Below are positions 38,801 to 49,200 of a stretch of 64,000 nt of DNA, in pieces. Location of the stretch: NCBI GenBank assembly GCA_025786725.1, contig JAHLTZ010000005.1, positions 558,001 through 622,000 of the forward strand, given 5' to 3'. The notes under the pieces were generated by a model. The model had not been told where the DNA came from. It did not search any database and worked only from the letters and a program-made list of their open reading frames with translations. Origin of the DNA: Syncephalis fuscata S228. Lineage: Eukaryota > Fungi > Zoopagomycota. Each line of letters begins with the position of its first letter. The stretch's first letter is position 1. Position numbers and translations under genes: made by a program.

Positions 38801-41800
38801 CGTCAAATCAATCAATAATCGAGATACGCCATACATTAAAACGCGTAATCAACGACGTGCTCATACCCAGTCAATAAATGAAGAAGTCCCGGTTGATACC
38901 CCACCAACGATATCAACCACTCCAATTAACCACCTACCTAAGGTCGTATCAATATCAGAACCGCCAGAAGAAATTATACCAGAAGCGGATCCGATTACTA
39001 CACCTATTCAATCTACCACATCATCGTCGATCATAGAAGATGCAGAAATGGAAGACGACAATGCAGCAACAACGATCGATAAGAGGACTGTAAATAACAA
39101 GTCTAATCGACCCAAATTTTCAGCCAAGTTACAGAAGCTAGTACAATTGTTAGAGACACGCCGACCGAAAGGCAGTGATACTTACGATATTAGCGACAAA
39201 CTAGGCAATTGCAAGGTCGACATTACTTATGAGGAATTAGCCGAATTCTTAGATGCACAAATACACCCAGAAAAAGGTACTTATGCACCAGTTCGAAAGA
39301 AGAAGGTTAAAACAACGACTGAAGCTTTACAAGTCGACACAATATTCCCTCGTATACCTGATGTTAAAGCATTACAAAGTATCACCTACGTACGACAACA
39401 GCCAGTACTCACCATTATTGATACCGGTTCGTCCCGTAATCTGATGGGTGAAACATTTTACAAACAATCCAAGTTACAAATCGATGACGAATCTACTTTT
39501 AAGATGATTGGCATATCTGGTCAAGCTGAAACGCCACTAGGCGTAATCCGCGAATTAATCGTCCGCGTTGCTGGTGTCGATATACCAATCGAAGTACACG
39601 TCATGAAAGGTGCACGTTTTTCTTTGTTACTCGGTATGGACTGGATACTACAAACTTCAGCCAACATTATGGCCGCACAACGACTAGTTGTCTTTCCTTA
39701 CAAAGATACCGAACGCAAGTTGCAAGTATGGGCCACTACTGGCGAGGCTGAAGTGGCTGTTCAACAAATCTACAATCCTATTGTAGAAGAAGTAGAAGAA
39801 GAAGAAGTTGATTCGTTCGCATTAGAACAGTTATTTGAAGAAAAAGAAGTAGAAGCTTACCACACATTAACACTAACCGAAGACATTTATGTTGTCGCTA
39901 AAGGCAGTTATACGTGGCGTCCAAAACGACGACTATTACAACCACTCACTAATCAAATATTATTGGAACCTGCGCATCTGGAATTAATACAACACGGTCT
40001 GATGGGCTTACCAGCCATAGGACGAGTCAGAAAAGTAGGCCTACCTCTTATTAATACCTCCGACAATGACATCATTGTGCCTGCTGGTACTGTCGTAGCC
40101 ATGGCGTCAAATAATATCAATCGAATTGACACCAACCGACAACAAATCAAGCAACAAGCCCTGTCAGCCGAAGGATACATCGCACAATCAACAGAAGCAA
40201 ATACCGCCACGGATAATGCCGATGTTAATAATCATCACATCACCGACGAAGAATTGTTGACAACACTAGACCGATTTGGCTCCTGATATCAACAACCCAT
40301 CATTCAATTACTACGTCGTAATGCTGATTTGTTCGTAAAAGATTCACACGAATTGGGTCATACTACACTCATTGAACATCAGATTGACACGGGGACGCAA
40401 CACCTATCACCTGTCGACCATATCGATATTCACCAAAAGATAACCAATTTATCACTCAAGAAGTGGCCAAAATGTTAGAAAAAGGCGTCATTCGTCCTGC
40501 AACTGGACCTTGGGCCTTCCCAATCGTTTTAGTCACTAAGAAGGATGGATCGGTTAGATTTTGTGTTGATTACAGACCACTTAACGCTACTACACGACGC
40601 GATGCTTACCCGTTACCTAGGATCGACGAAATTTTCGATGCCATGAAAGGTGCCACTTGGTTTTCTTGCCTCGATCTCGCCTCTGGTTATTGGCAGATCA
40701 GTATGGCAGAGAAAGATAAAGCTAAGACTGCCTTCGTGACACGGCAAGGGACATATGAGTTTAATGTCATGCCATTCGGCCTAACAAACGCCCCTGCCAC
40801 GTTCCAAAGGTTAATGAACAACTTATATTCTGGTTTATTATGGTCATCCGTCTTCGTCTACCTCGATGATATTCAGATCTTTTCCAAAACGTTTGACGAC
40901 CACTTGGTGAACTTGCAAGCCGCCCTGGACCGCCTGCGCACCGCCGGCTTAAGAATCAAGTTAAAGAAGTGTGAATTTGGAAAGCGAGAAGTTGCGTTTT
41001 TAGGATATCGAACGGGAGTGAACGGATTGGCTACCGACCCGGATAAAGTCAAGCGTGTGTTAGAATGTAAGCCACCACAAAATTTGACTGAACTACGATC
41101 ATTTCACGGAATTACTTCCTATTACCGCCGATTTGTTCCGAATTTCTCCAAGATCTCTGAACCACTTCGTATTTTATTTCGTAAAAATGTGTCGTGGCAA
41201 TGGACCGACAAGCAACAACAGGCCTTCCAACAACTAAAAGACGCATTGGCTAGCGAACCAGTATTAATCTTTCCTGACTTTAGCAAAAGTTTTATATTAG
41301 AAACTGATGCATCAGCTGCTGGCTTTGGCGCCGTTTTATCGCAACTAAGTAGCGATGAAAAAGAGCACCCTATTCATTATGCCAGTCGAAGTACCAATAT
41401 TCATGAACGACGACTAGCTACCACTACTGAGCTAGAGGCCGCTGCCGTTATGTGGGCTCTGGAATATTTTCGCCACTATATTCATGGTCAACATGTACTC
41501 ATACGGACTGATCACCAGGCTATACCTTTTATATTCCACAAAGGATCCGTTCGACCCGTACCCAGAAAATTTGCACGTTGGATTGCTCAGTTAGCTGATT
41601 ACGACTATACTATTGTCTATAAACAAGGCTCTGCTAATTCTAATGCCGATGCATTATCCCGTCCACCTTTCGTCGACAACATTGAAGTCGATGCTCTTTT
41701 GACTTTCGAGGACACCGAACCATTGCGAGTACAACGCCTCACTCCGACGGCGCGACTACCAGAGCGATGTTCAGAGCATGCCGCTGGCTACGATTTACAC

Positions 41801-44800
41801 GCTGTGCGTGATGATATAGTCGAAGTCGCTAACATAGCTATTATCGACACCGGTATAGCTATTCAAATGCCAAAAGGCGTATATGGCCGAATTGCACCAA
41901 GAAGTGGACTGGCTGCGCGTTACGGCATTGACGTTTTAGCCGGAGTCATCGACGCAGATTATAGAGGTCAACTGCGTGTTTTATTAATTAATTTAGGTAC
42001 CTCTGATTTTGTTATACACACTGGCGATCGTATCGCACAGCTCATATTAGAACGACATATCGTTCCTGTTGTCGAAGAAACAATTACTCTTACCACCACT
42101 CAGCGTAACACCGCCGGCCTCGGTTCGACAGGTCTGGCCGCTAATTAATAAGTTCTATGGATCCATTGCGCTACCACGAGTTAATGACATACCTCAACAA
42201 GTCGCAATTACCGTCCGACATGGACAAGTTAACGCAGAAACAATTTCAACAAGAAGCCCGTTATTACCTTATTCATAATAACCATTTATATCGTAAAATT
42301 CGTAAAAATATTAATAATTTATCTCCACTACTTGTTGTTCAACCATCAGAAGCTCTACAAGCTCTTCAACTTTGTCATCGACAAGCTGGTCATCCTGGAG
42401 CCGACGCAACTATTCGACGATTGCAACAATCTTATTATTGGCCCACACTAGCCGATGATACTCGCGCTTATGTTCGTGGTTGCCCCCATTGTCAATTACA
42501 TCGAAATGAGGCACCTACTGAACCGCTACATCCTATACCTGTTTATTCACCTTTTTACCGATTAGGCGTTGACCTAGTAGGTCCATTACCTGTATCCGCC
42601 CAAGGCTATCGTTTTATTGCCGTAGCTACCGATTATTTAACTAAGTGGTCTATTACTAAAGCCATTCCCGATAAATCCGCTACTAGTGTTGCCGCTTTCC
42701 TGTACAAACGTATCTTTCTGATATACGGCGCGCCACTACACATTCTTACTGACCAAGGACTGGAGTTTAAAAACCAAATCCTTCGCGAGTTGTGTCGATT
42801 ATTCGATATTAAACACACGTTTGCTACTCCCTATCGTCCACAGACCAACGGGTTAGTGGAGCGTTTCAACCGAACTTTAGGACAAGCTTTAGCTCGTTCT
42901 GTAGCTCTAAGTAAAGATCGAACAACATGGCCGCAGTATCTAGCCTCTATCACATTTACTTACAATATCAATAAGCAAGCTACTACTGGCTTCTCACCTG
43001 CCCAACTGTTACTCGGTTATCAGCCAAAAGGACCTGAGTTACTTACCTTACCTATTGCGCCGTACGATGAAGAAGTTTATACGCGTGAGTTATACGCACG
43101 AGGAGCGCAGTTACAACAACAGCACGACGAACAGTTGCCGCTAGCTAAACAACGCATTGAAGCGAAACAACAAAAGCAGAAATCGAAACACGATGCCCGA
43201 CGTAAGATCGACAAAAATGAACTGACTGTTGGTGATCAAGTCTTTCTACGAAAAGACGAATTGCAGAATCGTTTCGACGCTAAATTACTACCTAAGTGGG
43301 ACGGACCGTGCACTATTATTACTAGACACACCCCAGCCGTCTATACGATTAAGATTAAAGGTCAACTTCGTAAGGTTCATCGTGACCGTCTGAAACCGGC
43401 TCACACCTTTGATGCTTTTCCTGACGCTATAGAGGACTAGGCGCGTCTTAGAAGAGGGGCATGTAACACCCGGAACTTACCCCGACTCTTTTTCCCAAGT
43501 AATATTAATCATTATTAATGGGAAAGTAATATTAAGTCCGCTCGTATCCATAATCCCTATTTTACAGTATAAGTACTTCACATTCATAACAAATAATAAA
43601 AACATTAGTATTAGTATCAGTATTAATCTTGACTCTACTCCAACTTTGATTTTATTCTTTATTTTGGTGCCTTATCCAATTAGCAATTAAACCATTGTTG
43701 TAAAATTAACAACAGTGCACCAAAAATTTACAATATAATGTCACTTACAAGCTATTAATAGTAAATAATTGGTACAGTTAGTAAGTAGCATGGTTAATTT
43801 ATATTCATTTAATATACAATACTACTTACTAGCTATTAATAATAAATAATTGTTATAATCAGTAAATAGCAGTTAATGTATAGTCAGCTAATATAAAATG
43901 CCACTTACTAGCTATTAATAGCAAATAATAGATACAATCAATTAATAGTATAGTTAATGTATAATAAACTAATATATAATATCACTTACACCCTATTAAT
44001 ATTAAATAATCGGTACAATTATTAAATAGAATAGTTAATGTATATTCACAACGCGCAATACAACTTACAAGCTATCAATAGTAAATAGTTGTTATTATCA
44101 GTAAATAGCATAATTAATATATAGTTAGCCAATATACAATACAACTTACGATCTATTGTATTAAACAATCGATACAATTAGTAAATAGTATAGTTAATAT
44201 ATAGTCAGTTAATATAAAGTATCACTTACTTTCTATTAATATTAAATAATTAATACAATCAGTAAATATTATAGTTAATATACATTTAGTTGATATATAT
44301 AATACAACTTACCAGCTATCAATATTAAATAATTGATATCATTAGTAAATAGCATAGTTAATATATAGTTAGCCAATATACAGTACATCTTACGATCTAT
44401 TGTATTAAATAATCGGTACAACCAGTAAATATTATAGTTAATATAGTCAGTTAATACACAATGCCACTTACGACCTATTAATAAGGTTGTTGATGCATAC
44501 AATACATAGCACGTAATTAGTGAATAGTCAGCTAATATATAATATCACTTACAATCTATTAATATCAAGTTATTGATATACATGGTGTATAATATATAAT
44601 TAGCCAATGCTCACTTAATACACAATGCAACTTACTAGCTATTGATATTAAGTTATTGATAAATATAGTACATGATGCATAATTAGTGCATAGTCAGTTA
44701 ATACGCAATACAAATTACCCTCTATTATAATAAATTGTTGATACACATAGTGTATGGTATATAATTAATTAATACGTTAGCAACACGCCATACTACTTAC

Positions 44801-45548
44801 GACCTATTAATATCAAGTTATTAATACGTACAGCACATAATATAATTAGTGAATAGTCAGCTAATATATAATATCACTTACAATCTATCAATATCAAGTT
44901 ATTGATATACATGGTGTATAATATATAATTAGCTAATGCCCACTTAATACACAATATAAATTACCAGCTATTAATATTAAGTTGTTGATATACACGGTGC
45001 ATGGTATATAATTAGCACATAGTCATTTAATACACAATACAACTTACCATCTATTATATTAAGTTATTGATGTATGTAATACATAACATATGATTAGTTT
45101 ATAAGTCATCAATATACAATATCACTTACAGCCTATTAGTATTAAGTTGTTGATACACATATTCCATAGCATGCAATTAGTGAATAATCAACTAATATAC
45201 AATACAACTTACAGCTATCTAATATTAAGTTGTCAATTGATACAGTACATGACATATAATTAGCGTATGCTTTATTGGTATATAATATAACTTACTAACT
45301 ATTAGTATTAAGTTATTGATACACATAGTACATGGATATAATTAGTGAGTTATTAGCTAATATACGATACAACTTACAATCTAATAGCATCATTGGTTGG
45401 CAATAATTTTAGTAAGCATAATAATATGTTATATTTATTGTTATTGCAACATACCACGACGAACTAAGGCTGGATTAGCATCAACCATGGATGTACTGGC
45501 CACAAGAGCCACGACAATGGTGCAAACGACGGCAATGGAAAGCTTCAT
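35838..45548 (-). CDS. Micro-exon gene: secreted cysteine-rich peptide precursor built from 30 exons (28 micro-exons of 3 or 6 nt), interrupted by a Gypsy insertion in intron 22
   Basis: Exon 1 45548-45455 encodes MKLSIAVVCTIVVALVASTSMVDANPALVRR plus G. Micro-exons (lowest + coordinate: minus-strand sequence): 45378 ATT, 45296 TTA, 45213 ATAGCT, 45130 GCT, 45048 ATG, 44965 CTG, 44882 ATT, 44801 GTC, 44719 AGG, 44636 CTA, 44553 ATT, 44472 GTC, 44394 ATC, 44313 CTG, 44230 AAA, 44150 ATC, 44069 CTT, 43990 GGT, 43909 CTA, 43830 CTA, 43749 CTT, [retroelement], 36406 GCT, 36328 ATT, 36245 GTC, 36162 AAT, 36079 ACA, 35996 GAT, 35913 GCC. The last exon starts at 35842 (GA TAA). Every micro-exon is preceded by TAG and followed by GTAA(G/T). 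Spliced mature peptide: DFNSCYADCQANCHPENPWSTTCYCQYRCR*. Confidence 0.82.
36474..36744 (+). repeat. 5' LTR
   Basis: TGTAACACCC...AAATTTACA, direct repeat of 43462-43732. Confidence 0.97.
36746..36755 (+). promoter_or_regulatory. Primer-binding site (probably tRNA-Arg)
   Basis: TGGCGAGC 1 nt after the LTR is complementary to a tRNA 3' end ...GCUCGCCA, as in eukaryotic tRNA-Arg(ACG). The tRNA assignment is inferred. Confidence 0.7.
36811..37352 (+). repeat. Tandem array of 13 ~42-43-bp hairpin units in the retroelement 5' leader
   Basis: ATCAATATT recurs at 36816, 36859, 36901, 36944, 36986, 37029, 37072, 37115, 37154, 37196, 37239, 37282 and 37325, each followed by (G/A)ATATTGGTA. Confidence 0.9.
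37416..38737 (+). CDS. gag: Gag (retrotransposon capsid plus CCHC zinc knuckle), apparent 1-nt frameshift near 38302
   Basis: WLEQYDECAERNGW...YLDGQAKLWW, QQPNESVDIFALRL, FMRGL and CRTCGSADPHNWAEC. Confidence 0.85.
38700..42148 (+). CDS. pol: Pol: aspartic protease, reverse transcriptase, RNase H and dUTPase (frame breaks at ~40270-40400)
   Basis: IIDTGS protease; RFCVDYR, LDLASGY, MPFGL, YLDD; LETDAS...ELE...TDH RNase H; dUTPase motifs AGYDL, GRIAPRSG, GVIDADYRG, GDRIAQL, RNTAGLGSTG. Confidence 0.93.
42157..43440 (+). CDS. Integrase as a separate ORF
   Basis: HHCC (H..GH...CPHC), DDE (VDLVG, TDQG, LVERFN), GPY/F-like WDGP; own ATG 8 nt after the first stop of a TAA TAA double stop; no chromodomain seen. 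Confidence 0.92.
   Translation: MDPLRYHELMTYLNKSQLPSDMDKLTQKQFQQEARYYLIHNNHLYRKIRKNINNLSPLLVVQPSEALQALQLCHRQAGHPGADATIRRLQQSYYWPTLADDTRAYVRGCPHCQLHRNEAPTEPLHPIPVYSPFYRLGVDLVGPLPVSAQGYRFIAVATDYLTKWSITKAIPDKSATSVAAFLYKRIFLIYGAPLHILTDQGLEFKNQILRELCRLFDIKHTFATPYRPQTNGLVERFNRTLGQALARSVALSKDRTTWPQYLASITFTYNINKQATTGFSPAQLLLGYQPKGPELLTLPIAPYDEEVYTRELYARGAQLQQQHDEQLPLAKQRIEAKQQKQKSKHDARRKIDKNELTVGDQVFLRKDELQNRFDAKLLPKWDGPCTIITRHTPAVYTIKIKGQLRKVHRDRLKPAHTFDAFPDAIED
43462..43732 (+). repeat. 3' LTR
   Basis: Direct repeat of 36474-36744, preceded by a polypurine tract. Confidence 0.97.
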
Positions 45549-45868
45549 GGTGATATTGATTTGTTAAGACAAACAAATAAAAGAGATAGTAGAGTGTGGT
45601 TGGTATAAAGTGGAGAGTAGTGTGTGTTTAATAAGAAGTAGAGTGTGATGATGATATCGCAGTTGGTTGTGTATATTTTGCGGGCTATTTAAACTCACAG
45701 CTATGCTGAGATACTAGCATAGTATAGTATATGAGGTACACCATTGATGTGTAATATGAACCAATAAAGCAATTCAAATAATGGTTTGAGGTACGCATGT
45801 ACCAATAAATTCATGACGTGATAGTATGCCTCCAGCATTGATTTCAACCTGCTCAGTATTTACACAAA

Positions 45869-46275
45869 TGACACGGCAATTCCAATGAGCAGTACATATG
45901 CGATAGAGACATGTACATTATCCTGTATTTTTGTTACACGGTCTAACTATTTGGTAGAGCAAGTATATTGCTTGGTTTTATAAAAACGATAATAATGTCT
46001 TTACTGTTGCTTCCACCGAATGACTCGGTCTTGAATATCGCATGCATAAAAAATAACGCATAACCTGCCCGGTCTTTACTTCAATCTGCCAGTTATTCGC
46101 ACGAATGACACAGTAATGGTAATAATCCAGTACATATGGGATAAAAATAGGCGTATTAGCTTGTATTTTTTGTTACACAGTTTAACTATTTAGTAAAAAC
46201 AAGTATATTATTTGGCTTTGTGAAAACGATAATGATGTCTTTGCTGCCATTTCTACCGATTCGGTTCTCAATATC
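45869..46275. repeat. Diverged two-copy direct repeat (~237-bp offset) upstream of the micro-exon gene
   Basis: TGACAC...CAGTACATATG...TGTATTTTTGTTACAC...AACTATTT...CAAGTATATT...AAAACGATAAT.ATGTCTTT occurs at ~45869 and ~46106. Confidence 0.75.
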
Positions 46276-49200
46276 CGTTGCATACAGAATAGCACACAAC
46301 GCTGATGCAAAAACAAGTCTAATATATCAAACTGGTATTTTATACAGGTTTTTACTGCCATACATAAGCCAGTTATAATTCTTTAAATTATAAAATATAT
46401 CGATTGGTACATGTGTGCATTTCATTCGACACTATGCCCACTGTTATGGGATAATTATTACTTTGAATTTACACATGTATCACATTCAGGCATATCATGC
46501 CACATGTTATGCAACTACCATCATTCAAATGGCGGTTAATCCAAATTACCTGAGCTTGACTATACGATAAGTACTGTTTGTAACATGATGCATCACGGCA
46601 TTTTGAGCAATGGAACATTCCAACAAGTCATTTTTATCAGTTGCTCAGCTGTATGATAAATTGCATCGGCTAAATTCTATGTAATACAATATGCAGACAC
46701 TAGGTTAGACACAATAGAAAACTCTAACCAATTACCGGCAATTTCGAGTGCATAATGTCAATGGGTTGCATATCGATGGGTAATTGTCCAAGGCCTAACT
46801 GCTGCTTATATTTCTGAAACCACTTTTGACAAGTTAAGCAGGATAGAATATAGAAGAACAAGTCAAGGCAGAAACCAATGAAAAAACAATTGGCAGCTCA
46901 AAGGCTTACTGGTTTAACCTATAGCAAATTATTATAACTATGCTAAGCTGGACTGTATTTATCAAAAGACGACTGTTGCTGATGCGGCCAGAACAGCAGC
47001 AACATTAAACAGAGATAACGCACAGAAAACAAAGAGTTGTAAATAAAATTAAATCAATGCGTTTTGGTAATTAAACAACTTATCGTCGTCACTATAGCTT
47101 ATAATTCTGGTTGTTTGTACAAATATATATTTACAAGCACATTGTAACTTCTTATATACTCACATATACACGACCACCAACTAAGCCAACCATTATAAGG
47201 CTTAATCTAACTAGTTATCAAAGTAAGCAGCTAACATTATACATTATTGCAATAATAGAAAGACAGATTAATTTATAGATCGATCATTAATAAAAGCTGT
47301 ATAGCTATATATTAAAATAAAACAAAACATTGGATTGGAAGCGTAATATTTATATAATTAAATCATTTTTACTTTAACTCCCACATTTTGAGTTCTCAAA
47401 GTAAAATTCGTTTCAATTAAAGTCGCACTATTATGCACAACGCAATTATATTGCTTCCTTATAAAATATTGTCAATAAATTGATTTAAATAAATAATGTA
47501 TCATACTGTTTGATTTCTTTGAAATACTTAAGGCCAACCATTGTTGTCATTGTTGGCCATGTGTAGAGAGATTAATTGAATATTAATAGAAGCCATATGA
47601 TTGATTCCATACCATTTCGCAATCTTTGTTGTTGCATTAATACATACATGCTATGTACTATTTTATTTTTAGCTTGTAACTTTTAGTATTTGTTAACTGA
47701 GTTGAATAAAATACATCATTATGTAGAGTATTGTGTGCTATTTAACATTATTATACAATCTAATTAAATTTATTAGTCATTCAGTATGATTTGGTGGTTA
47801 AAATGACTATTTTTAATAATATGCAATCTATTAAACATAATAGTGGGTGATGAGTGACATCAATTATCAAATACTCATCATTGCAGATTTATTATCTAGT
47901 ATTCATATATCATCACAGTATGTTTTATTACCATCTATACCCGTCATCTTGCTTGATTAGCATTAAAATCATAACTAATCGACATTATCTAGTTTGTTTA
48001 TAAACAATCTTAATAAAACATAACTCCGTTCATATTCATATCATTTGTTATACCAATATAACTCAGTGAACAAACTAAGTGCGATATGTTCACTTTTATT
48101 TATAAAAGAGCTGAAAGCATACCGACAACGGTTATAGACAGCGTATAGCCAATATATAATAAAATGATAAACATTATAATGAATACGCAATATTGAACGA
48201 GATTAGCAATGTTAAAGTTATTGAGCATATATGCATGAGCAGATGACCGACATTAGTTGAAATTTATAAATAATAGTGCTAAAACAAAAACAAAAATAGT
48301 TTTTGATACAGAAAGACTATGCGTGTAGAATAATACATAAAATGATAAATACATGGTGAGAAATCATATAAAACAATGTTAAGGTTATAGTGCATATAGC
48401 GTAATGAGTAGGCTGAGTAAATTATATTGGGACATATAAACAATAAAATGTGTCTAGTATATCGTAGAGTGATATGTAATAGTGTGGGACAGAATGAGAA
48501 TGATATAGCTGAATAGTGTATATATGTATACCGAGTATATGCATACTGGATAATAAATATATGGTAATGAGTATTTTGGACTCTGATGTAAATTATTCCT
48601 AACTTCATGTTTACTAGAAAGAAAGTTTAATTTAAATGTATAAATATTATTAAATGTAATCATTTGACCACCAAATCAAATTGAATGACTAATAAACTGA
48701 TTAATGTAAAAAATTATCTTTATTTAATTAATAAATAATGTAATATATACAATCCATAAATCTAATGGCATTGTACATAAAAAGACTATAAACAAATCGA
48801 AATACAGATTAGTGAATTACTTAAGTGGTGAAATAAAAGAAATAATAAAAACCAATAGCATAAAAGCAAATATATTCATAGAATATGTCATCAGTAAAAC
48901 AATGGTAATAAGAAGAATATATAACAAACAATAAAGACAAATATATTCATAGAACAATGTTATTAGTAAATAAGAAGAATGATATCAATACATAAAAAAA
49001 TGTCATTATCATAGAACATGGTATTATAATTAGCAACTAAACTTTTAAGCATTGGATTCAATATATAAGCAACAGTGTTTATTGAATGTTAAATAAAATA
49101 CTTGTAAACATACCTATTCTAAACCACATATTTGCATATATAATTAAATAGTGATCCATAAAAAAAGAGTTAACAAAAAAATAGTATAAATGATCATACC

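Larger units (their letters stand above)
36474..43732 (+). mobile_element. Full-length Ty3/Gypsy LTR retrotransposon encoding a dUTPase
   Basis: 271-bp TG...CA LTRs at 36474-36744 and 43462-43732, no differences seen by eye; ATAT target-site duplication (36470-36473 and 43733-43736); PBS TGGCGAGCAC after the 5' LTR; PPT AGAAGAGGGG before the 3' LTR; domain order gag-PR-RT-RH-dUTPase-IN. Confidence 0.97.

Noticed and set aside
43740-45400. ~80-bp periodic array read as a CRISPR array or plain minisatellite
   Set aside because: Eukaryotic context, no cas genes and no repeat/unique-spacer structure; the invariant positions are splice signals around 3-nt exons that translate coherently.
46400-47050. 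Coding-like, slightly GC-richer stretch
   Set aside because: Multiple stops and no identifiable family.
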